A stretch of DNA of 34,457 bases from Spirochaetia bacterium (GTDB lineage Bacteria; Spirochaetota; Spirochaetia; SPDA01; CAZSGZ01): positions 1-34,457 of the forward strand of contig JBKHAJ010000003.1 of the NCBI GenBank assembly GCA_046542935.1. Direction: 5' to 3'. Positions 26,622 through 34,457 of the stretch are shown here, piece by piece; position 1 is the first letter of the stretch; each line of letters opens with the position of its first letter. The position numbers and the translations under genes were made by a program. The notes beneath the pieces are model-generated. The model worked only from the letters and a program-made list of their open reading frames with translations, ran no database searches and was not told the origin of the DNA.

Positions 26622-26927
26622 ATGAAGTATTATGTTATCGGAGATGAGGACACAGTCTTAGGGTTCGGGATGGTCGGAGTCGAAGGCTCGACGGCAACCT
26701 CGCGGGAAGACGCGGATGCCGCTTTCGAAGATGCCCTTGCCGACCGGGAAATCGGGATTCTTATCATAACCGAGGCCGCGGCCGATACCATCCGGGAGAA
26801 GGTGGATGCTCTCCTCTTTTCACAGCAGTTTCCGCTTATCGTGGAGGTCCCCGGCCGGAAGGGAAAGCTCCCGCATAGGCCGGACCTAAGGCAGATGGTC
26901 AACGAAGCCATCGGCATAAAGCTGTAA
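26622..26927 (+). CDS. V/A-type ATPase subunit F
   Basis: YVIGDEDTVLGFGMVGV, IGILIITE, PLIVEVP, AIGIKL. Confidence 0.93.
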   Translation: MKYYVIGDEDTVLGFGMVGVEGSTATSREDADAAFEDALADREIGILIITEAAADTIREKVDALLFSQQFPLIVEVPGRKGKLPHRPDLRQMVNEAIGIKL

Positions 26928-26943
26928 CCGTACCGGAGCCGGA

Positions 26944-27588
26944 ATGAACGAGGAAACGCAGAAAGATAAGCTCGTACTACTCGACGAGATCCGCAAAAAG
27001 GCGGAAGCCGAAGGGCGCGGGATAATCGAGGAAGCCCGGAAGGGTGCCGACCAGAAGCGAAAGGGTGCCGAGGCCCAGGCTCTGCGGATAAAGGAGGAAG
27101 CCCTCGAGCGCGCCGAAGCCCGGGCGGAATCAATGCGGGAAACTCAGCTCGCCAATCTCGCTATGCAGAAAAAGCGCATACGCCTCCGCCGGAACGAAGA
27201 GATCATGCAGCTGGTGATAGGACGGGTTGTAAGCTCCCTCGAAGAAAGGGTGGATACCCCGGAGTACGCTGAAGCTCTCGAGAAATGGGCCGTGGAAGCC
27301 TGTCTGGGGCTCGGCATGGATGCCGCGATTCTCGAAACGAGTCCGGCCGAGAGGAAGTACTTCGACGCACCGGCCCTTCAGAAGATTCGGCAAAAAGTTC
27401 GGGACCGCGGAGGTTCTCGGATTGAATTAAGCCTCTCCGACAAGAGCACCGACGGCGCCGGCGTCGTAGCCCGGTCACCCGACGGACGGGTCGTCTACGA
27501 CAATCGCATACGGACCCGTATACGCAGGAACGAGAACACGCTGAAAAAAATAATCTATCAGGAATTAATACAAAAAGGTACGATATGA
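26944..27588 (+). CDS. V/A-type ATPase subunit E
   Basis: N-terminal charged helix, C-terminal GVVARSPDGRVVYDN. Located between F and A. Confidence 0.88.
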   Translation: MNEETQKDKLVLLDEIRKKAEAEGRGIIEEARKGADQKRKGAEAQALRIKEEALERAEARAESMRETQLANLAMQKKRIRLRRNEEIMQLVIGRVVSSLEERVDTPEYAEALEKWAVEACLGLGMDAAILETSPAERKYFDAPALQKIRQKVRDRGGSRIELSLSDKSTDGAGVVARSPDGRVVYDNRIRTRIRRNENTLKKIIYQELIQKGTI

Positions 27589-29354
27589 CGGAACGGATAA
27601 TCGGTCGAGTAGGAAGGGTCAACGGTCCGGTCATCGAGGCCCGGGGCATTACAGACGCTATGATGCTCGAGCTCGTCCGGGTAGGAGAAAGGGGCCTCGT
27701 CGGTGAAATCATCAAGCTCGAAGGGCAGACCGCCGTAATCCAGGTCTACGAGGACACTACCGGAATAGCACCGGGGGACAACATCTACGGTTCGGGAATG
27801 CCCTTGAGCGTCGAACTCGGACCGGGGCTTATCGGAACTATCTACGACGGGATCCAGCGCCCCTTAGAGAAAATCTTCGATATTTCGAAGCAGTTCATCG
27901 ACCGGGGAATAAGGGTACCCTCCCTCGACCGGGAAAAAGAGTGGGAATTTACTCCCGATGTTCGGGAGGGAGACACCGTTACCGGGGGGGCCGTATTAGG
28001 CCGAGTCCAGGAGACCGAAAATACCGAGCACCGGGTCTTAGTGCCCCCGGAAACGTCGGGGACGGTGGAATCCATCGTGCCGCCGGGGCTCTACCGGGCG
28101 GATGAGACGGTTGCGGTCATCGACACCGGGACCGATACGGCCGAATGCTCCATGATTCAGCGGTGGCCCATCCGAGTGCCGAGACCGGTCCGGGCCCGCC
28201 TTCCTTTATCGATTCCCCTTATAACCGGACAGCGGGTCATCGATACCCTCTTCCCCATCGCCAAAGGGGGGACGGTAGCCATTCCCGGCGGGTTCGGTAC
28301 CGGAAAGACTATGACCCAGCACGCCATAGCCAAGTGGTGCGACGCCCAGATAATCGTTTATATCGGGTGCGGTGAGCGGGGCAACGAGATGACCGATGTG
28401 CTGACCGAGTTTCCCGAGCTTATAGATCCCCGCACCGGGAAGAGCCTGATGGAGCGTACCATACTTATCGCGAACACTTCGAATATGCCGGTCTCGGCGC
28501 GGGAAGCGAGTATCTACACGGGGGTCACTCTGGCCGAATACTTCCGCGATCAGGGGTACCATGTGGCGGTCATGGCCGATTCCACGTCCCGGTGGGCGGA
28601 AGCACTCCGGGAGCTTTCCGGGCGGATGGAGGAGATGCCCGCGGAGGAGGGTTTTCCCGCGTACCTCCCCACCCGGATAGCCGAGTTCTACGAACGGGCG
28701 GGGTACATGCGTACCCTTGCGGGGGTGGAGGGCTCGGTGAGTCTGATAGGCGCGGTCTCTCCTCCCGGAGGGGATTTTTCCGAACCGGTTACCCAGCACA
28801 CCAAGCGGTTCGTACGGTGCTTCTGGGGGCTCGACCGGCAGCTGGCCAATGCCAGGCATTATCCGGCCATAAGCTGGATCGAGAGCTATTCCGAGTACTT
28901 AGACGACGTCACCGCTTGGTGGGAACAGAACGCCGGGCCCGAGTGGGCCGAGGACCGGGCGGAGATCATGGAGCTTCTCCAGCGGGAGGTGCGGCTGCAG
29001 CAGGTGGTCAAGCTTGTCGGTCCCGACGCATTGCCGGACAGCCAGAGGTTCATTCTGGATGTGTGCGGACTATTCAAGAACGCTTTCCTCCAGCAGAGCG
29101 CCTTCGATGATATAGACCGCTACTCCACGGTTGAGAAGCAGCTCAAGATGCTCCACATCATTCTCGTCTACTGGCGCAGGGGCAGTCAGGCTATCAAGCG
29201 GGGGGTAACGCTCGTCAAGCTCAGACGGATGAAGGTCTACCAGGATATCGTTAAGATGAAGTTTACCGTCCCCAACGACGAAGTGGGGAAGCTCGACGCC
29301 GTTTCGGCGCGTCTCGAACGGTCTATCGGTCAGCTGGAGGCGATATTCGTATGA
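27585..29354 (+). CDS. atpA: V/A-type ATPase catalytic subunit A
   Basis: Walker A GGFGTGKT, GCGERGNEM, MADSTSRWAEALRE, EEGFPAYL. 589 aa, no intein. Confidence 0.97.
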   Translation: MTERIIGRVGRVNGPVIEARGITDAMMLELVRVGERGLVGEIIKLEGQTAVIQVYEDTTGIAPGDNIYGSGMPLSVELGPGLIGTIYDGIQRPLEKIFDISKQFIDRGIRVPSLDREKEWEFTPDVREGDTVTGGAVLGRVQETENTEHRVLVPPETSGTVESIVPPGLYRADETVAVIDTGTDTAECSMIQRWPIRVPRPVRARLPLSIPLITGQRVIDTLFPIAKGGTVAIPGGFGTGKTMTQHAIAKWCDAQIIVYIGCGERGNEMTDVLTEFPELIDPRTGKSLMERTILIANTSNMPVSAREASIYTGVTLAEYFRDQGYHVAVMADSTSRWAEALRELSGRMEEMPAEEGFPAYLPTRIAEFYERAGYMRTLAGVEGSVSLIGAVSPPGGDFSEPVTQHTKRFVRCFWGLDRQLANARHYPAISWIESYSEYLDDVTAWWEQNAGPEWAEDRAEIMELLQREVRLQQVVKLVGPDALPDSQRFILDVCGLFKNAFLQQSAFDDIDRYSTVEKQLKMLHIILVYWRRGSQAIKRGVTLVKLRRMKVYQDIVKMKFTVPNDEVGKLDAVSARLERSIGQLEAIFV

Positions 29355-30745
29355 ACACGCAAAAAGAACTATTAGCGGGACGAGAGTACCGCGGAGTAGA
29401 CCGAATAGACGGCCCCCTGGTTTTTGTACGGAAAACCCACCCCGTGGGATACCGGGAGCTGGTGGAATGCATCGACCGGGAGGGAAACCCGAGACTCGGA
29501 ATGGTTCTGGACACTTCCGACCATGAGGTGGTGGTCCAGGTCTTCGAAGGGACTTCGGGGATGACCATGCCCGAGACCCGGGTCCGGTTCCAGGGGGAAC
29601 CTCTGTCCTTAGGGGTAACCCGGGACATGCTCGGGAGGGTATTCAACGGCCTAGGCAGGGCCATCGACGGCGGACCCGATCCGGTGGGTTCCGAAGAGCT
29701 CGATATCAACGGAAAGCCAATCAATCCCACCGCCCGGGAATATCCGCGGGACTTTATCCAGACCGGTATTTCGGTCATCGACGGAATGAACACCCTGATC
29801 CGGGGGCAGAAACTCCCGATCTTTTCGGGAAACGGACTTCCCCACAACGATCTCGCCGCACAGATCGCCCGGCAGGCGAAAATCCTGGGAGGAGCTACCG
29901 ACTTCGCCGTGGTCTTCGCCGCAATGGGGGTCAAGCACGACGTGGCGAGTTTTTTTATCAAGAGCTTCGAAGAGACCGGGGTTTTGGAGAACGTGGCACT
30001 GTTCTTGAGTCTTGCCGATGATCCGTCCATCGAACGGCTGATCACGCCGCGGACCGCCTTGACCCTGGCGGAGCATTTAGCCTTTACCGAGGGTATGCAT
30101 GTCCTAGTCATCATGACGGATATGGCAAACTACTGCGAATCTTTGAGGGAGGTTTCCACCTTACGGGGCGAAATACCCTCGAGGAAGGGGTATCCCGGGT
30201 ATCTCTACAGCGATTTGGCGGAGCTCTACGAGCGTTCGGGCATGCTCAAGGGGTTCGCCGGATCGATCACCCAGCTTCCCATACTCACCATGCCCAACGA
30301 CGACATCTCCCATCCCATTCCCGACTTGACCGGATACATCACCGAGGGGCAGATCGTCTTCGAGAGGGAGATGCACGGCCGGAATATTTATCCCCCGGTT
30401 GCCGGGCTGCCCTCCCTTTCGAGGCTCATGAAGGATGGAATCGGCGAGGGGATGACCCGGGAGGATCATCCCCACCTAGCGAGCCAGCTCTTCGCTGCCT
30501 ACAGCTACGTGAAGGATGTGAGGAACTTGGCCTCGGTCATCGGCGAGGAAGAGCTGACCCCTCTCGATCACCAGTATCTCGAGTTCGGGGAGAGTTTCGA
30601 GCGTGATTTTGTTACTCAAGAGAAGAATGAAGACCGGACTATCGAAAGGAGTTTGGAGATAGGGTGGCAGGCGCTTCGGAAGCTGCCCGCCGAAGAGCTC
30701 CATAGGGTTACCGAGGACGAGATCGACGAGTACTACCACGGATAA
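29351..30745 (+). CDS. atpB: V/A-type ATPase subunit B
   Basis: RGQKLPIFSG, GYPGYLYSDLA, PNDDISHPIPDLTGYITEGQ, PSLSRLM. Confidence 0.97.
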   Translation: MNTQKELLAGREYRGVDRIDGPLVFVRKTHPVGYRELVECIDREGNPRLGMVLDTSDHEVVVQVFEGTSGMTMPETRVRFQGEPLSLGVTRDMLGRVFNGLGRAIDGGPDPVGSEELDINGKPINPTAREYPRDFIQTGISVIDGMNTLIRGQKLPIFSGNGLPHNDLAAQIARQAKILGGATDFAVVFAAMGVKHDVASFFIKSFEETGVLENVALFLSLADDPSIERLITPRTALTLAEHLAFTEGMHVLVIMTDMANYCESLREVSTLRGEIPSRKGYPGYLYSDLAELYERSGMLKGFAGSITQLPILTMPNDDISHPIPDLTGYITEGQIVFEREMHGRNIYPPVAGLPSLSRLMKDGIGEGMTREDHPHLASQLFAAYSYVKDVRNLASVIGEEELTPLDHQYLEFGESFERDFVTQEKNEDRTIERSLEIGWQALRKLPAEELHRVTEDEIDEYYHG

Positions 30746-30750
30746 TCGTT

Positions 30751-31383
30751 ATGGCAAAGATTGCGCCGACAAAGACCAACCTCATCCGGACAAAGCAGGA
30801 GCTCCAATTCGCCCGGCAGGGGCACGAGCTTCTGGACCAGAAGCGGAATATTCTGGTTATAGAACTCCTGAACCTGGTCGACCAGGCGGTGGACTTCGAC
30901 AGCCGGGTCCGGGAGGCCCTCTCGGAAGCCCACTCTTCGCTGCAGAAGGCGGTATTAGAGGCCGGAAAGATTACCCTCGTTCACGTTTCCGGCGCGGTCA
31001 ACATGAAGGCTGAAATAAACCTCTCCCGGCGGAAGGTTATGGGAGTGCCCCTTCCTGTGGTGGACACCGACTTTCAGGCCAATCCTCCCTACTACAGTCC
31101 TTTGGGAACCAGCAGCTGGACTGATGTGTCCCTGGGGGCCTTCCAAAAAGCGCTGGAGATGATGGGGCGCCTCGCCGAGCTCAAGGTCTCGATCATGCGG
31201 CTGGCTAAAGAAGTCAAGAAAACCATCCGCAAGGTCAATGCGTTAGAGAAGATTGCCATTCCCGACCTCGAGGAATCGGTCGACTTTATCCGGAACCGGC
31301 TCGAGGAGAATGAACGGGATATGTTTACCCTTATGAAGATTGTGAAGGAAAGGCTCGAAAAAAAGAAGGAGAGGGGTGTATGA
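30751..31383 (+). CDS. atpD: V/A-type ATPase subunit D
   Basis: APTKTNL, GHELLDQKR, VMGV, KKTIRKVNALEKIAIP. Confidence 0.95.
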   Translation: MAKIAPTKTNLIRTKQELQFARQGHELLDQKRNILVIELLNLVDQAVDFDSRVREALSEAHSSLQKAVLEAGKITLVHVSGAVNMKAEINLSRRKVMGVPLPVVDTDFQANPPYYSPLGTSSWTDVSLGAFQKALEMMGRLAELKVSIMRLAKEVKKTIRKVNALEKIAIPDLEESVDFIRNRLEENERDMFTLMKIVKERLEKKKERGV

Positions 31384-31865
31384 AAAAGACCGTAGAAAAG
31401 ATCCTAGTGTACATCGACGGTACCGAGGAGGCGATTACGGCGGCTCAATACGCGGTGTGCTTGGCCCGGGATAACGGGGCCACCCTTGCCGCGGTGTACA
31501 TCGTCAACACACGGGCCCTGGACGATTTAGTTCGAACCCGCATCTTCCTCCAGGAAGAACAGGAAGAGTATCAACGGGACCTCGAGGCGGACTCGGAGCG
31601 ATACCTCAATCACGTAAGCAAGCTCGGAAGCGACAAGGGGGTCCATGTGGAAACGAGGAAGCTCAGCGGCAACGTCCACACCGAGATAAAAAAGCTCGTT
31701 AAGGAGGAGAAATACGATCTCCTTGTACTTGGCGAGATTTCCCATGTCCGCAGCCGGCGGGACGAATTCTACAACGAGGCGGAGCGGGCCATGCGGAGTG
31801 TTCCCTGTTCGGTTCTCATCGTCAAGGACCCAGACCGGGTCTGGCGGCTCTACGAGGAGGCGTAA
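31380..31865 (+). CDS. Universal stress protein (USP domain)
   Basis: KILVYIDGTE, YDLLVLG, VPCSVLIVK. ATGA overlap with atpD. Confidence 0.9.
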   Translation: MKKTVEKILVYIDGTEEAITAAQYAVCLARDNGATLAAVYIVNTRALDDLVRTRIFLQEEQEEYQRDLEADSERYLNHVSKLGSDKGVHVETRKLSGNVHTEIKKLVKEEKYDLLVLGEISHVRSRRDEFYNEAERAMRSVPCSVLIVKDPDRVWRLYEEA

Positions 31866-31866
31866 T

Positions 31867-32316
31867 ATGGCTCTGATCGATCTTATCGACAAAAATGTAA
31901 TCAAGGTTCCTCTCGAGGCGACGGGGAAGGTGGATGTTATCAAAGAGCTCGTCGGTGTTCTTGATGCAGCGGGACGGATACGGGATCGGGAACGGATAGA
32001 GGACGCCCTCCTCGAGAGGGAGAACCAGGGGAGCACCGGGCTGGAAAACGGAATAGCGGTCCCCCACGCCAAGACCGACGCGGTAAAGTCCATTATCGTC
32101 GCCATCGGCATTTCTCCGAAAGGGGTGGACTTCGGGTCCATGGACGGGAAGCCTTCGCATATCTTCTTTCTGATGCTTGCTCCCCCGGATCAGCCGGGTA
32201 AACACATAGAGACCCTCTCGGAGATCGCCCGGCTCACCCAATCGGCGGCGGTCAGAGATTATCTCTTGTCGGTTAAGAGCGCCGATGAGGTGGTCGAGTT
32301 TTTCAAGGAGGAGTAG
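31867..32316 (+). CDS. Stand-alone PTS EIIA (Fru/Ntr type, PtsN-like)
   Basis: LLERENQGSTGLENGIAVPHAK (phospho-His), GVDFGSMDGKP, HIETLS. SD GAGGAGG, ATG 1 nt after the USP stop. Confidence 0.92.
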   Translation: MALIDLIDKNVIKVPLEATGKVDVIKELVGVLDAAGRIRDRERIEDALLERENQGSTGLENGIAVPHAKTDAVKSIIVAIGISPKGVDFGSMDGKPSHIFFLMLAPPDQPGKHIETLSEIARLTQSAAVRDYLLSVKSADEVVEFFKEE

Positions 32317-32343
32317 CCGGCTCCGGCGCGCCGGCTCCGGCGC
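32316..32343. repeat. Tandem 14-bp direct repeat
   Basis: GCCGGCTCCGGCGC at 32316-32329 and 32330-32343. Confidence 0.7.
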
Positions 32344-32357
32344 CGGGTGAAAGGCTC

Positions 32358-34436
32358 CTACCCGCTTGCGAGGATTTCCGCGGAGAAGGGAGGGGCTACA
32401 TTCAAGACCGTACGCAGGATTTCGTGTTCGGGTTGAAGCAGTCCCGGATCGTTTTCGACAATCTCTTTAGCGTCCTCCCGCGCTTCGATCAGTATTTCCA
32501 TGTGGACGAGAGGATCGGCCACATTCAGGCGGAAGTATCCGGATTGGGTTGTTCCCGCCACATTGCCGGGACCACGGAGCCTCAAGTCTTCCTCGGCGAT
32601 AAAGAAGCCGTCGGTGGATTCCATCATGGTCTTGAGGCGGTGCTTGGCATCTTCGGTGGGATTCTCCCCGTACACGCAGAACATGTAGGATTGGAGCTCG
32701 CTTCGCCCGACCCGGCCGCGAAGCTGATGCAGAGTGGACAGCCCGAAACGTTCGGCATGTTCCACGACCATGCAGGTCGCGTTGGGAACATTCACCCCCA
32801 CTTCCACCACGCTGGTGGCGACTAAGGCATCCACCTTCCCGTCCGCGAATGCGTGCATTATCCGGGTCCGTTCTTCTTCACAAAGGCGGGAGTGGATAAG
32901 GGCTATCTCGAACTCCGGGAAGACCTCTTTCGACAGGTGAGCGTACATCGATTCGGCGTCCCGCAAACCCCTCTTTTCCGACTCCTCGATCAGGGGATAG
33001 ACGAAGTATGCCTGCCTTCCCGCGGAGAGCTCTTTCCGCACATGATCATAGACCTTCTTTTCCCTCCCGTGCACGGCAAGGTGCGTCCGTACGGGCTTTC
33101 GTCCTGGAGGCATCGTTTTGATGGTACTCGTATCGAGATCGCCCAGAACCGTCAAGGTCAAGGTTCGGGGAATGGGGGTTGCGGTCATGAGAAGGATATC
33201 CGGGTAGAGCCCCTTGCGGCTCAAAGCGAACCGCTGCATGACCCCGAAACGCTGCTGTTCGTCGATAATCGCATAGCGAAGGTTTTGAAACACAACGTGC
33301 TCGGAGAAGAGGGCGTGGGTCCCGACCACGAGGTCGATCTCTCCGGACTTCAAGCTTTCGAGAAGGTGCCGCCTTGGCTCGCCGTGGGTCGATCCGGAGA
33401 GGAAGGCGGTCCGGATTCCCAACGGTTTCAAGAGCCTATGGGCTTCTTCGGCGTGCTGCAGGGCCAAAAGCTCGGTGGGGGCCATGAGGGCGGCCTGGTA
33501 ACCGGCTTCGATGACCGGAAGCGCGGAGAGGAGGGCGACGAGGGTCTTCCCCGAGCCTACGTCACCCTGGAGGAGTCTATTCATAGGCTTTTCGCCGTTC
33601 AGGTCGGCGTGAATCTCTTCGATCGCCGTCTTTTGGTCGGGGGTAAGCTCGAAGGGCAGCCTCGATTCCGCCCGCTCCCGTTGGGTCACGGGAAGGTTCG
33701 CCGCTTCCCGGGTACTGCCCCGGTATTTCAGGCTGTTTCTCAAAATTACAAGCTGCAGATAAAAGAGTTCCTCGTAGATGAGGTTTCGTTTGGCCGCGTC
33801 TACGGAGGCGAAAGAGTCCGGAAAGTGGACGAGCCGGAGGGCTTCGCTCTTTTCGATAATTTTCCGTTTGTCCCTGAGATAGCCGGGGAGCTCGTTTTCC
33901 GCGTATACCCCGAAGGCCTGGACGGCTTCGGAAAGGGCCTTACGCATGAATCCCTGGGTCAGATTTCCGGTAAGGGGATAGACGGGGAGTATGCGTCCGA
34001 ATTGGGAACGCGCCGCGCCGAACGGTTCGAGATCGAAACCGGTACTCTGAAGCTCTCCGTAGCGGTATTGGAACCGCCCGTACAGCCTGTATTTTTCGCC
34101 GGGAAGAATCTTGTTCGCGAGGAAGTTCCGTCCGAAGCAGACCAGAGACGCAACTGAGGTCTCGTCTTTTACGTAGACCTTCAAGGTGCGTTTTTTCCCC
34201 CATCCGATATAGTCGTGTGCGATGACTTCGACTACCGTGTTGACGAATCCCGTTTGGTTCGGATACTTCAGCACTTCACCGAAGGGGATGTGATTCTGTC
34301 GGTCTTCGTATTCCCTCGGGAGGAGAAGGAGGATGTCGGCAATCGTGTTTACCCCGGCGGCGGAGAGGGTGTCGGCGGAGACCTTTCCCACACCCTTCAA
34401 GTGGGTAAGGGGTTTCGTCATCTGCCGGAGAAACAT
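32358..34436 (-). CDS. recG: ATP-dependent DNA helicase RecG
   Basis: LKGVG, PREYED, wedge OB domain, QGDVGSGKT, MAPTELLA, DEQQRFG, MTATPIPRTL, QLRGRVGR, DLRLRGPG. Confidence 0.97.
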   Translation of the reverse strand: MFLRQMTKPLTHLKGVGKVSADTLSAAGVNTIADILLLLPREYEDRQNHIPFGEVLKYPNQTGFVNTVVEVIAHDYIGWGKKRTLKVYVKDETSVASLVCFGRNFLANKILPGEKYRLYGRFQYRYGELQSTGFDLEPFGAARSQFGRILPVYPLTGNLTQGFMRKALSEAVQAFGVYAENELPGYLRDKRKIIEKSEALRLVHFPDSFASVDAAKRNLIYEELFYLQLVILRNSLKYRGSTREAANLPVTQRERAESRLPFELTPDQKTAIEEIHADLNGEKPMNRLLQGDVGSGKTLVALLSALPVIEAGYQAALMAPTELLALQHAEEAHRLLKPLGIRTAFLSGSTHGEPRRHLLESLKSGEIDLVVGTHALFSEHVVFQNLRYAIIDEQQRFGVMQRFALSRKGLYPDILLMTATPIPRTLTLTVLGDLDTSTIKTMPPGRKPVRTHLAVHGREKKVYDHVRKELSAGRQAYFVYPLIEESEKRGLRDAESMYAHLSKEVFPEFEIALIHSRLCEEERTRIMHAFADGKVDALVATSVVEVGVNVPNATCMVVEHAERFGLSTLHQLRGRVGRSELQSYMFCVYGENPTEDAKHRLKTMMESTDGFFIAEEDLRLRGPGNVAGTTQSGYFRLNVADPLVHMEILIEAREDAKEIVENDPGLLQPEHEILRTVLNVAPPFSAEILASG

Positions 34437-34457
34437 CCGTCAGACCGGCAGCGAGGC

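Noticed and set aside
27585-29354. Intein in ATPase subunit A
   Set aside because: The length is normal and the sequence is continuous through Walker A.
29323-30114. 263-aa ORF antisense to ATPase subunit B, and similar antisense ORFs such as 547-1062 and 28206-28859
   Set aside because: They lie opposite highly conserved genes and have uninformative composition.
32853-34157. 434-aa ORF antisense to recG
   Set aside because: Shadow ORF expected from GC-rich codon bias; no motif, SD or promoter.
34440-34457. Possible 3' end of a gene upstream of recG on the minus strand (..ASLPV*)
   Set aside because: Only 18 nt are visible, too little to support a call.

Overview
Gene-dense, GC-rich bacterial chromosomal window, most likely from a free-living Spirochaetota (inference from the short C-Ala-less AlaRS, FapA/DUF342, V/A-type ATPase and TPR-rlmN cluster). 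It is mostly housekeeping. Left to right: a partial GT-B-like gene, rubrerythrin and PerR/Fur, PLP aminotransferase and GNAT, an orphan membrane protein, yhbY, MFS, metal-dependent hydrolase, FapA, CPBP protease, B12 radical SAM, M50-CBS protease, trkH/trkA, alaS, rlmN/TPR/hypothetical, hisB/hisG(short)/hisZ, a 53-aa sORF, rsmD, a complete V/A-ATPase operon (G/H-C-I-K-F-E-A-B-D) extended by a USP and a PTS EIIA gene, and recG. I saw no rRNA, tRNA, CRISPR array or transposase. Most notable signals: (1) eight genes have a -10 box only 6-8 nt before an SD-less ATG, suggesting pervasive leaderless translation; (2) a 19-20 bp hairpin repeat occurs three times, twice as an inverted pair forming a 148-bp REPIN/MITE-like unit; (3) USP and EIIA genes are translationally coupled to the V-ATPase operon. 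Several starts were moved downstream of the ORF-track starts using SD and promoter evidence. All product calls come from motif recognition, not database searches.
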